Source: Macrostomum lignano (lineage: Eukaryota). Taken from it: a DNA stretch of 64,000 bases. A program made the translations under genes and the position numbers. Shown here piece after piece: positions 1-12,300 of this stretch; the stretch's first letter is position 1, and every line of letters starts with the position of its first letter. The notes under the pieces were generated by a model that did not search any database, was not told the origin of the DNA, and worked only from the letters and a program-made list of their open reading frames with translations. Location: assembly GCA_002269645.1 (NCBI GenBank), contig NIVC01001113.1, positions 1-64,000 on the forward strand, written 5' to 3'.

Positions 1-346
1 TTTATAAAATATATAATACACTGAAACAAGAAGATACCCTAGGCATAAAACTCCAAAACATAGAGTATCTCCGAGCTAAAGTGTATTATTCTAATGTAGT
101 ACACTCTGCCTGTTCGCTTGTCTTTTCCCTAGTGTTAAAACTTGCGGAGATTATCAGTAGCTTATCTCCGCTACCATGGACAACGGAATTCTTTATTTGT
201 TAACAGCGCATTATAAAATCTAGATATTTAGTTCGAGTTTATCTCCGGGGGAGAAATTAATCTCCGCTCCCTGTATAGATCCATCGCGGCTCACAGGCAG
301 TGAATTGCATGCTAATAACAGACTTACTAAACCTAAACAATTTCAG

Positions 347-3300
347 TGAAAATGACCATGAGCAGCGTATTGAAGTGTCCCAAGCCGGTTCGGTACAAGA
401 CTCCCTGCAAGCACGGCTTCCGCAAAACCATGGAAATTGGCTTTGTCAAAACGCTCAACAAATGCAACCCGATTACTAAAGTTATTAAAAGGAAGTCGTG
501 CGGCTGCGAGAAAAGCCAGTGCTTCGCCAGCCAGGCTATGGAACTCATTCTGGTGATGCAGGCCTCGCAAGATCTTGGCGAGTTGCACTTTGGCTACGAG
601 AAGCAATTCATTATCTCTATGATTCAGAAGATGAAGATCGGCGCCAAGAGCGTCCGCGTCTCCGTTGTCCTGTTCTCTAGCCGTGCCAGCCTGGCTTTCC
701 GTCTGACTGAGTACCACAGCCAATCAAGCGTCATCACCGCTATTAAGGGCCTCAAGCTGATGACTGGCAAGCACCGAGCCATAGGCGATGCCCTCTTATT
801 AGTTCGGGAACAGGTTCTAACCGATTCAGCTGAGCAGAGTGCCAAAATGCTCATCGTCATCACTTCGGGAGATTCTAACTACGGCCGCAGCGTGGAAGTA
901 GAGAGCAACAGACTGCAGGAGATGAGCGTTTCAATCCTGGTGATCGGTGTTGGGGCTGATGTTAATGATGCGTCCCTGCAGGTTATCAGCACCGTATACA
1001 TTCATATTCGCACCTGGATCAAGCTTAAGTACGCATACAAGTACGTACTTCGCATGCGCATCAGCTTCGTAGCCCAGCCAGCCGTCCATGGCGCTCTGAA
1101 GATTCGCTGTCCAAAGTATCGCCGAGTGCTGGTTAGCAAATGCGTTGCTGGCTATAAGAAGCGCATTGTCAAGTTCTACAAGATGGTTCGCAACACCTGC
1201 ATGCCATTCAAGCAGGTGCACAAAGTTCGTTGCACCAATCGTAAGTGATCCGTTGAACTAAATTGGCGTGAAATTTGATTTAAAAGGCTTATTACAGTAC
1301 TGTATAAAACTAAAATATGCTTCTATCGATTACTTCCATATTACACCTACAGCTCCAGTCTGCAAAGAAGGCACAAAGGTTCACATTGGAAAATGCAACC
1401 CTAAAACGCGCCTACGCGTTGTTACGCGAGTGCACACCTCCAAGATTCACGATTGCAGCCACAAAAAGTGCGTCTGGCGATGCAGCAAGCGGCTAGTCCG
1501 AAGGAAGCAGCCCTGTCGAAAGAGTAAGAATGTCGCTTAACTAGGCTAAATGATCAAATTTAATATCAATATTATGCCACTTTCAGAATTGCATCTTTCC
1601 CACACATTGCAGTTCGATGCATCAAGCGCCGGCTTATGATTGAAAAACGTTGCAGAAAATCAGGCTTTCGTAGAATCTTCTGGGGATTCTACAGTACAAC
1701 CCGCGGCAGTTGCAAGCGAGTTCGCATCAAGGTCATTCGAAAAGTTCCGTGCAGTGGCTGCTCCAAGCACCAGATTCGAATCTTTCACATAACTGTTGGG
1801 CGCAAGTGCACTGGAGGTAGTAAAGCGATCTACTCTAGTTTCTACGCCTCACACAAAGGCAGATGCAGCTACCAGAGACTGCATGTTACTAAACGGCGAT
1901 GCGTTTTGAAAAAACGTTGTCCAAGAAAGGCCAGGATCCAAATCGAGACCCAATGTCTCCGTAAAGGAAGCCGTTATCGCGGCGTGTATTGGACGTACTT
2001 AACAAGACTGCAACCTGCCGGTCCATGCGTTCGAGTTCATGGAAAATTAGTTCGACTGATCCCCTGTGGTGGATGCACCACTAAGCAACGTAGCTACCAG
2101 CATGTAACCACGGGAAAAGCCTGCAAAAGCGGCTTCATTACCAGCTTCGTTACTGTCTATCAGGGCGAGGAATCCAGGCGGTGCCACAAAACTCGAGTGG
2201 TTATCCGAAAGCGAAATTGTAAGAAATTTAAGTTAAAAACATGAATGAAACTGTTATTAGAATTTACAGCTTTTTCTCAAAAACAGCCAAACAACTAATA
2301 CAAATCCGTTTAAATATTTTAGGCAAGTCTTGCAAAAAGGATACGACGAAAACAACACCGTGCATTCGAGGATATAGAAGAACCATCCGAATTCACTTCA
2401 CGGTCAAAGGAAGTAAATGTGTGCCTCACAAGACTTTGATAAAGAAAGTCAAGTGTGGTGAGGAAAAACACGGCTGCAAACCACCGCGCAAAGTCCACAC
2501 GCGATGCTCGGCTGGGCACAAGTACTCCTACACCACTACGTATTACTACAAGAAGAAGAAGGTTTGCACCGGTCTGGTTGTTCCGCCAAGTCGCACCTGC
2601 AGCAAGGTTGCCGACCTCGTGTTCGTTCTGGACTCTTCGACCAGCATTCACGACGCCGATTTTGCCAAAGAATCTCGCTTTGTTCAGCACATCGTTCGCA
2701 GGATGGGCGTATCTCCGACTGGCGTTCGCGTTGCTGTTGTCACTTATTCGACCAGACCGAAACTCGTGTTCAACTTGGACAAGTACAAAACCAAGTCGCA
2801 GGTTCTGGCCGCCATGTCGAAGCTTCCACGAGACGAGGGAATCACAATGACTTATGCGGCTATCGACCTTGTCAACAGTGACATCTACCCGAAGAGACGA
2901 GCTGGAGTCCCGTTCATTGTCGTGGTCATCACTGACGGCAAGAGCACGATGGGTGACCCCGTCGCCTCGGCTAAAGTCTTGAAGAAGAAGGGCGCCCGCT
3001 TTGTCTCTGTCGGAATCTACAACCCCGACCCAAGCGTGACCGACAAGATTAATCCGTAAGAATACATTTCTTAAACTGTATTACAGAACATAGGTTACCT
3101 GATTCAAATAAGACATTATAAGCGAAGCATGCTTGCTTTCGAAATCTACTGCTGCAGGGCTGAACTAAAGGGCATCTCAAGCAAAGGAAGATTCTGGCGA
3201 GCCGGAAACTTTAACAAGCTTGATTCCATCGTCAGCAGCGTCGTTCGGGAAGTGTGCACAGGTAGGAGAACGGACACATGCTAGATGCTGGTCTGATGCT

Positions 3301-6300
3301 TAATAACTTGTAATTTACAATTTACAACTTCAGACATGGGAAAATCAAAATCAAAGTCAGGAGGAAAACGGGTGTGCAAGATAATCTGCGTGAAGAAGCG
3401 CAAGATTTCTGCAAAGAAGATTTGCAGGAAGGACTGCTCGAGCAGGACTCTCATCCGTCACTGCAAGAAGCACAGGGCCTATCGCGTGTTTACTCGAGTC
3501 ACCTACCGGTGGAACGGAAAGAAATGCGTTCCCAAGAGCCGGAAGGTCATCAAGAAGATCCGGTGCCGTAAGTAAATGCACTCGTGAAAAACGAGTATAT
3601 TTACCTTTTGCACCTTTGTGCCCCAGGCGTGACTTGCAACGCCATTGGCTCATGTAAGAGAAGCCGTATCTAAATATAGATTTTCGTAACTATGCTTATA
3701 TAGTGATTATTTATTCTGGCCTCGATTGCAGCTCCGAGAACTTGTCCGAAAGCCAAGATCATCCGCAAAGAGTGCAAGCCTGGCAGGGCGAAGAGCGTCA
3801 CGACGCACATCTTCTACACGTCGCGTGTGAAGTGCACGATGTCTCTGCCGCCTCGTTGCACGCAGCACTGCATCAAGAAGGTGAAGCGCTCGGCCGTTCC
3901 GTGCAAGAAAATCAAGTGCAAGGGACAAAGACCACGTGACAAGTGCGGCGGCAGTCGTCGCTATCGTGTTGTCGTCACATCAAGTACATCCAAGTAAAAG
4001 GCGTCTGCAAGAGGCGCAAGACCACCAAGCGCTATCCGTGTCCGGTCAAGTGCCCAAAGACTCAGACCATCATAAGGCCTTGCAAAAAGGGTCGCAAGTT
4101 CTCTGTGAAGTCCATCATCAGCTACACCGTTCGTCGCGCGTGCGTTCACAAGGGCAAGTGCACAGTGAAGTGCGTCAGACGAGTTCTGCGATCGCGAAAG
4201 CGGTGCAAAACGCGTCCGCCAGATCGTCGCTGCAAGCAGCCTCCGCCCTTCTGGACCAAGTGTCGCAAACACTCTGCATACAAGTACCAGATCAAGGCGC
4301 TCTACAGGAATGTTCGCGGAACTTGTGTCATCTACAAGCGAGAGACAATTGCCCGACTTCTTTGCCGTAAGTAGCTCGTTCCTTGACAAGTAGCAAGGGT
4401 AGCTAATCTACTCGTCAAAATAGAAGTTTCAAAACCAGGGTTTATATCTGCTTATTGAATTAATATTTTAGCACCTCGCAAGTGCCCGAAGACGAGAGTA
4501 ACCAAAACGAAGTGCACAAAGGGAGTCAGGCACAAGGTCACCACTACGATTTTCTACTCTGGTAAGATTGTGTGCAGCAAGAAGAAGCCGATCGTATGCC
4601 GACAGGTGTGCACAAAGCGAGTGACCAAGTCTGGTGTCCCGTGCTTTCACATCGTGTGCGACGAGGCCAAGAAGGTCAAGCTTACCAAGTGCGGCGGTAA
4701 GAGGCGCTACCGATCCGTCATCACTACCTGGAATACACGAGTCGGAAAGAAGTGCAGGAAGCACAGGACCGTCAAGCACTATCCGTGCCCAGTGGTTTGC
4801 CCGAAGAGGTCCAAGACCATCAAGCGAACTTCGTGCGGCAAGGGCAGGAAGTACCGGACTCTCACGATCGCGACTTCCACCGTTAAGAAGAGGTGCAGCG
4901 GCCGTATCTGCACACTGCACTGCATCCGCAAGCTGATCCACTCTCGCGTGTTGTGTCCGAAGCCGCCACATCGCTGCAGGAAGCCGCGCAAGGTGCACGT
5001 CCGATGCTCGAAGAAGAACTCACACTCGTACATCATCACCTATTACTACGTGAAGAAGCGAGTGTGTCACCGTAAGTCCCAATGCCTAAAACGTTTTGCA
5101 ACCAATTATTTTAGTTCGCAATGGTTTACAAGCATACCTTACTTTAAACGAATGCACAACTGTTTCTCAGGTGCTTTGAAGTCTGGAAAAGCGCGCCGCT
5201 GCAAGATTGTGTGCGTGAAGAAGCACAAGCGGTCAGCCAGGAAGCCGTGCAAGAAGCGCAAGTGCCGATACCAGCTATCCTACCACACCACCAAGTGTGT
5301 GCACAACTTCCGAACCATCACAACGAAGTACCGCACTCGGGTCCACGGACGCTGTGTCTGGCGACGAAAATCCGTGCGTCGCGTCCGCTGCTCTGGCTGC
5401 TCGTCCCACCAGATTCACTACCACAAGACGACGGTCGGCAGCAAGTGCAAGGCTGGACGCACGCAGACCTTCCTGAACTTCTACGAGTCGCGCAAGTACA
5501 AAACCGGCTGGGTGTGTCACAAGAAGAAAGTCCAGGTGTCCATCATTAAGTGCAAGTGCAACAGGAAGCCTCTGCTGCTCCTGGACAAGAAGTGCCGCAA
5601 GGGCTACAGGAAGCTTACCAAGGTGGTGTTTATCGATCGCGGCGGCAAGTGCATTAGGAAGCAGACTGTCACTAAGAAAAAGTGCAAGATCATCAAAATC
5701 CATTGCGATCCGGCAATGATTGTGAAGAAGTGCACTAAGCACGCGGCTTACCGACTGTTCCTGCAAATCAGCTACAGGCTGGTCGACGGAAAGTGCCGCA
5801 AACACCGCACAAGGATCGTCAAGAAGCAGCCTTGTCGTAAGTATTGATAATCATGCTTTTTAAGTACGCTCTTAAGTAAGTGTTCTAGTTTCCCTAAATG
5901 ATATCTCATTCTTTGATCAAAATGTAAACACAATGCAGCACCAAGACGCTGTCCGAAGGCCAAGACAATCCGCACAAAGTGCAAGCCGGGAGTCGTCAAG
6001 CGAGTCACGACGCACATCTTCTACACGTCGCATGTCAGGTGTACAAAGTCGAAGCGGCCTCGTTGCACGCAGCACTGCATCAAGAAGGTGAAGCGCTCGG
6101 CTGTTCCGTGCAAGAAAATCAAGTGCAAGAAGGACAAGGACCACGTGACAAAGTGCGGCGGCAGTCGTCGCTATCGTGTTGTCGTCACCATCAAGTACAC
6201 CGAAGTAAAAGGCATCTGCAAGAAGCACAAACCACCAAGCGCTATCCGTGTCCGATCAAGTGCCCGAAGACTCAGGTCATCCGTAAACCCTGCTCCAAGG

Positions 6301-9300
6301 GCAAGTCGCACAGCTTGTTCGAGGTCAAGTCCATCATCAGCTACACTGTTCGTCGCTCGTGCGTTCACAAGGGCAAGTGCACCGCAAAGTGCGTCAGACA
6401 CGTGGTTAGCAAGAAAAAGCCTTGCCCACCAGTCCCTACTCCGTGTAAAGTTAAGGCCGTGCTCAAGCGCTGCAAGAAGCACTCCGCCTACAAGTACTTG
6501 ATCGAGGTTTACTACAAGCGAATTCGCGGACGCTGTGTACCGCTGAAGCGTATCACGAAGAAGAGACTCCCATGCCGTAAGTTTAGTCTCTTGTTTTTGC
6601 AAACTATTTGTTATTTCAAACTGTAAGAAATGCAATTGTTCATTCAATTGCTGTTTGATTTATTTAAGCACTTTCACTAAATCTGTAACTTCTAAGTATT
6701 GTACCTGAGACATGTTTTCAGGGTGATGGGTTTCTTGTTCTTTCAGCCTTGTATTTTGTTTTCGATTCTTGAATCCAGAAGATTCAAAGTAATGAGATGA
6801 AACAATAGTTTTCGATTGAGCACTATAAAAAACTCTATTGACGAACGCAAAACTTTGTTTAACATAAGACCCATCTGTATGTGACGAAAAATAATAGAAT
6901 AGTTAATTAAGTTTCAGAAAATTTCTTTTCAAGGAAATCCAACTTATTGCAGAAGTTTTCGAGAGTATCTGAAAATTAATAACTGAAAATTTCGGTTTCG
7001 AGCTTAGGTTAAAACAAGGCAAGGAATGCACGACAGAGTGGACTTTGATAGTATAGTAAATATGATTAATAAATGAAATTATGTTTATGCCTTAGCTTCT
7101 GATCTTTTAAGCCTAGCTACCTTGAAATGCAGGGTAACGTCTGTAGACAACAAGGGCAAAATCGTTTAATAATTAGGCTTGATATTAGAAACGTACTACA
7201 AACCAAAATGCTTCTATCTGACGTCTCAATGGCGCCAATACAGCTTTCAATAAAGTGTACGAACGTTCTTTACTCGTGGCCAGCGAGAGGTGTGTTTTGT
7301 TGCTGCTGTCGTTATTGTTGTACAAACGATCTTTACTGATTACTTTTCTACCAGCATGAAGAGCTAAGAAAATTAGTAACAACCACTTTAGTACTTTCGC
7401 AGCCAGCACTAACTTTTCGAAAACAAAAAATGATATGACCTTACTCATAACTTATAATTTCAGCACCCCGACGGTGCCCGAAGTCGAGGACGACTACCAG
7501 CAACTGCACGAAGGGAGCCAAGCACAAGGTCACCACTACGATTTTCTACTCTGGTAAGATTGTGTGCAGCAAGAAGAAGCCGATCGTATGCCGACAGGTG
7601 TGCACAAAGCGAGTGACCAAGTCTGGTGTCCCGTGCATTCACATCGTGTGCGACGAGGCCAAGAAGGTCAAGCTTACCAAGTGCGGAGGTAAGAGGCGCT
7701 ACCGATCCGTCATCACTACCTGGAATACACGAGTCGGAAAGAAATGCAGGAAGCACAGGACCGTCAAGCACTATCCATGCCCAGTGGTTTGCCCGAAGGG
7801 GTCGAAGACCATCAAGCGAACTTCGTGCGGCAAGGGCAGGAAGTACCGGACTCTCACGATCGCGACTTCCACCGTTAAGAAGAGGTGCAGCGGCCGTATC
7901 TGCACACTGCACTGCATCCGCAAGCTGATCCACTCTCGCGTGTTGTGTCCGAAGCCGCCACATCGCTGCAGGAAGCCACGAAAGGTGCACACGCGATGCT
8001 CGGCTGGGCACAAGTACTCCTACACCACTACGTATTACTACAAGAAGAAGAAGGTTTGCACCGGTCTGGTTGTTCCGCCAAGTCGCACCTGCAGCAAGGT
8101 TGCCGACCTCGTGTTCGTTCTGGACTCTTCGACCAGCATTCACGACGCCGATTTTGCCAAAGAATCTCGCTTTGTTCAGCACATCGTTCGCAGGATGGGC
8201 GTATCTCCGACTGGCGTTCGCGTTGCTGTTGTCACTTATTCGACCAGACCGAAACTCGTGTTCAACTTGGACAAGTACAAAACCAAGTCGCAGGTTCTGG
8301 CCGCCATGTCGAAGCTTCCACGAGACGAGGGAATCACAATGACTTATGCGGCTATCGACCTTGTCAACAGTGACATCTACCCGAAGAGACGAGCTGGAGT
8401 CCCGTTCATTGTCGTGGTCATCACTGACGGCAAGAGCACGATGGGTGACCCCGTCGCCTCGGCTAAAGTCTTGAAGAAGAAGGGCGCCCGCTTTGTCTCT
8501 GTCGGAATCTACAACCCCGACCCAAGCGTGACCGACAAGATTAATCCGTAAGAATACATTTCTTAAACTGTATTACAGAACATAGGTTACCTGATTCAAA
8601 TAAGACATTATAAGCGAAGCATGCTTGCTTTCGAAATCTACTGCTGCAGGGCTGAACTAAAGGGCATCTCAAGCAAAGGAAGATTCTGGCGAGCCGGAAA
8701 CTTTAACAAGCTTGATTCCATCGTCAGCAGCGTCGTTCGGGAAGTGTGCACAGGTAGGAGAACGGACACATGCTAGATGCTGGTCTGATGCTTAATAACT
8801 TGTAATTTACAATTTACAACTTCAGACATGGGAAAATCAAAATCAAAGTCAGGAGGAAAACGGGTGTGCAAGATAATCTGCGTGAAGAAGCGCAAGATTT
8901 CTGCAAAGAAGATTTGCAGGAAGGACTGCTCGAGCAGGACTCTCATCCGTCACTGCAAGAAGCACAGGGCCTATCGCGTGTTTACTCGAGTCACCTACCG
9001 GTGGAACGGAAAGAAATGCGTTCCCAAGAGCCGGAAGGTCATCAAGAAGATCCGGTGCCGTAAGTAAATGCACTCGTGAAAAACGAGTATATTTATGCCT
9101 TTTGCACCTTTGTGCCCCAGACGTGACTTGCAACGCCATTGGCTCATGCTAAGAGAAGCCGTATCTAAATAATAGATGTTTCGTAACTATGCTTATATAG
9201 TGATTATTTATTCTGGCCTCGATTGCAGCTCCGAGAACTTGTCCGAAAGCCAAGATCATCCGCAAAGAGTGCAAGCCTGGCAGGGCGAAGAGCGTCACGA

Positions 9301-12300
9301 CGCACATCTTCTACACGTCGCGTGTGAAGTGCACGATGTCTCTGCCGCCTCGTTGCACGCAGCACTGCATCAAGAAGGTGAAGCGCTCGGCCGTTCCGTG
9401 CAAGAAAATCAAGTGCAAGGGCGACAAAGACCACGTGACCAAGTGCGGCGGCAGTCGTCGCTATCGCGTTGTCGTCACAATCAAGTACATCCAAGTAAAA
9501 GGCGTCTGCAAGAGGCGCAAGACCACCAAGCGCTATCCGTGTCCGGTCAAGTGCCCAAAGACTCAGACCATCATAAGGCCTTGCAAAAAGGGTCGCAAGT
9601 TCTCTGTGAAGTCCATCATCAGCTACACCGTTCGTCGCGCGTGCGTTCACAAGGGCAAGTGCACAGTGAAGTGCGTCAGACGAGTTCTGCGATCGCGAAA
9701 GCGGTGCAAAACGCGTCCGCCAGATCGTCGCTGCAAGCAGCCTCCGCCCTTCTGGACCAAGTGTCGCAAACACTCTGCATACAAGTACCAGATCAAGGCG
9801 CTCTACAGGAATGTTCGCGGAACTTGTGTCATCTACAAGCGAGAGACAATTGCCCGACTTCTTTGCCGTAAGTAGCTCGTTCCTTGACAAGTAGCAAGGG
9901 TAGCTAATCTACTCGTCAAAATAGAAGTTTCAAAACCAGGGTTTATATCTGCTTATTGAATTAATATTTTAGCACCTCGCAAGTGCCCGAAGACGAGAGT
10001 AACCAAAACGAAGTGCACAAAGGGAGTCAGGCACAAGGTCACCACTACGATTTTCTACTCTGGTAAGATTGTGTGCAGCAAGAAGAAGCCGATCGTATGC
10101 CGACAGGTGTGCACAAAGCGAGTGACCAAGTCTGGTGTCCCGTGCTTTCACATCGTGTGCGACGAGGCCAAGAAGGTCAAGCTTACCAAGTGCGGCGGTA
10201 AGAGGCGCTACCGATCCGTCATCACTACCTGGAATACACGAGTCGGAAAGAAGTGCAGGAAGCACAGGACCGTCAAGCACTATCCGTGCCCAGTGGTTTG
10301 CCCGAAGAGGTCCAAGACCATCAAGCGAACTTCGTGCGGCAAGGGCAGGAAGTACCGGACTCTCACGATCGCGACTTCCACCGTTAAGAAGAGGTGCAGC
10401 GGCCGTATCTGCACACTGCACTGCATCCGCAAGCTGATCCACTCTCGCGTGTTGTGTCCGAAGCCGCCACATCGCTGCAGGAAGCCGCGCAAGGTGCACG
10501 TCCGATGCTCGAAGAAGAACTCACACTCGTACATCATCACCTATTACTACGTGAAGAAGCGAGTGTGTCACCGTAAGTCCCAATGCCTAAAACGTTTTGC
10601 AACCAATTATTTTAGTTCGCAATGGTTTACAAGCATACCTTACTTTAAACGAATGCACAACTGTTTCTCAGGTGCTTTGAAGTCTGGAAAAGCGCGCCGC
10701 TGCAAGATTGTGTGCGTGAAGAAGCACAAGCGGTCAGCCAGGAAGCCGTGCAAGAAGCGCAAGTGCCGATACCAGCTATCCTACCACACCACCAAGTGTG
10801 TGCACAACTTCCGAACCATCACAACGAAGTACCGCACTCGGGTCCACGGACGCTGTGTCTGGCGACGAAAATCCGTGCGTCGCGTCCGCTGCTCTGGCTG
10901 CTCGTCCCACCAGATTCACTACCACAAGACGACGGTCGGCAGCAAGTGCAAGGCTGGACGCACGCAGACCTTCCTGAACTTCTACGAGTCGCGCAAGTAC
11001 AAAACCGGCTGGGTGTGTCACAAGAAGAAAGTCCAGGTGTCCATCATTAAGTGCAAGTGCAACAGGAAGCCTCTGCTGCTCCTGGACAAGAAGTGCCGCA
11101 AGGGCTACAGGAAGCTTACCAAGGTGGTGTTTATCGATCGCGGCGGCAAGTGCATTAGGAAGCAGACTGTCACTAAGAAAAAGTGCAAGATCATCAAAAT
11201 CCATTGCGATCCGGCAATGATTGTGAAGAAGTGCACTAAGCACGCGGCTTACCGACTGTTCCTGCAAATCAGCTACAGGCTGGTCGACGGAAAGTGCCGC
11301 AAACACCGCACAAGGATCGTCAAGAAGCAGCCTTGTCGTAAGTATTGATAATCATGCTTTTTAAGTACGCTCTTAAGTAAGTGTTCTAGTTTCCCTAAAT
11401 GATATCTCATTCTTTGATCAAAATGTAAACACAATGCAGCACCAAGACGCTGTCCGAAGGCCAAGACAATCCGCACAAAGTGCAAGCCGGGAGTCGTCAA
11501 GCGAGTCACGACGCACATCTTCTACACGTCGCATGTCAGGTGTACAAAGTCGAAGCGGCCTCGTTGCACGCAGCACTGCATCAAGAAGGTGAAGCGCTCG
11601 GCTGTTCCGTGCAAGAAAATCAAGTGCAAGAAGGACAAGGACCACGTGACAAAGTGCGGCGGCAGTCGTCGCTATCGTGTTGTCGTCACCATCAAGTACA
11701 CCGAAGTAAAAGGCATCTGCAAGAAGCACAAAACCACCAAGCGCTATCCGTGTCCGATCAAGTGCCCGAAGACTCAGGTCATCCGTAAACCCTGCTCCAA
11801 GGGCAAGTCGCACAGCTTGTTCGAGGTCAAGTCCATCATCAGCTACACTGTTCGTCGCTCGTGCGTTCACAAGGGCAAGTGCACCGCAAAGTGCGTCAGA
11901 CACGTGGTTAGCAAGAAAAAGCCTTGCCCACCAGTCCCTACTCCGTGTAAAGTTAAGGCCGTGCTCAAGCGCTGCAAGAAGCACTCCGCCTACAAGTACT
12001 TGATCGAGGTTTACTACAAGCGAATTCGCGGACGCTGTGTACCGCTGAAGCGTATCACGAAGAAGAGACTCCCATGCCGTAAGTTACTTGTATCTACTGT
12101 CTATATAACTAAACCTGCGGTTGTCAGTTAGTCAGGTGGAAGTTCAATGCTTTAAAATAGCTGGATGGATTTTACGGTTTCTGGACTTATGCTGGTGTCT
12201 GATTGAGCGTTAAAGAGTTATTTTCGTCGTGTCATAAAATTTTAAAAAACGTTTGCTTTACGGGAAGAAAAATTGCTTTTTTGCAAGGTCGGATTATAGT

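Noticed and set aside
4570-5847. 425-aa ORF as a stand-alone intronless gene repeated five times
   Set aside because: It starts at a GTG inside exon H and reads through a 99-nt intron. Splice sites link it in frame to its neighbours.
1241-9875. In-frame CRK-stop right after many donors as a designed truncation system
   Set aside because: An expected by-product of the GTAAGT consensus read in phase 1 followed by AT-rich intron sequence. No evidence of use.
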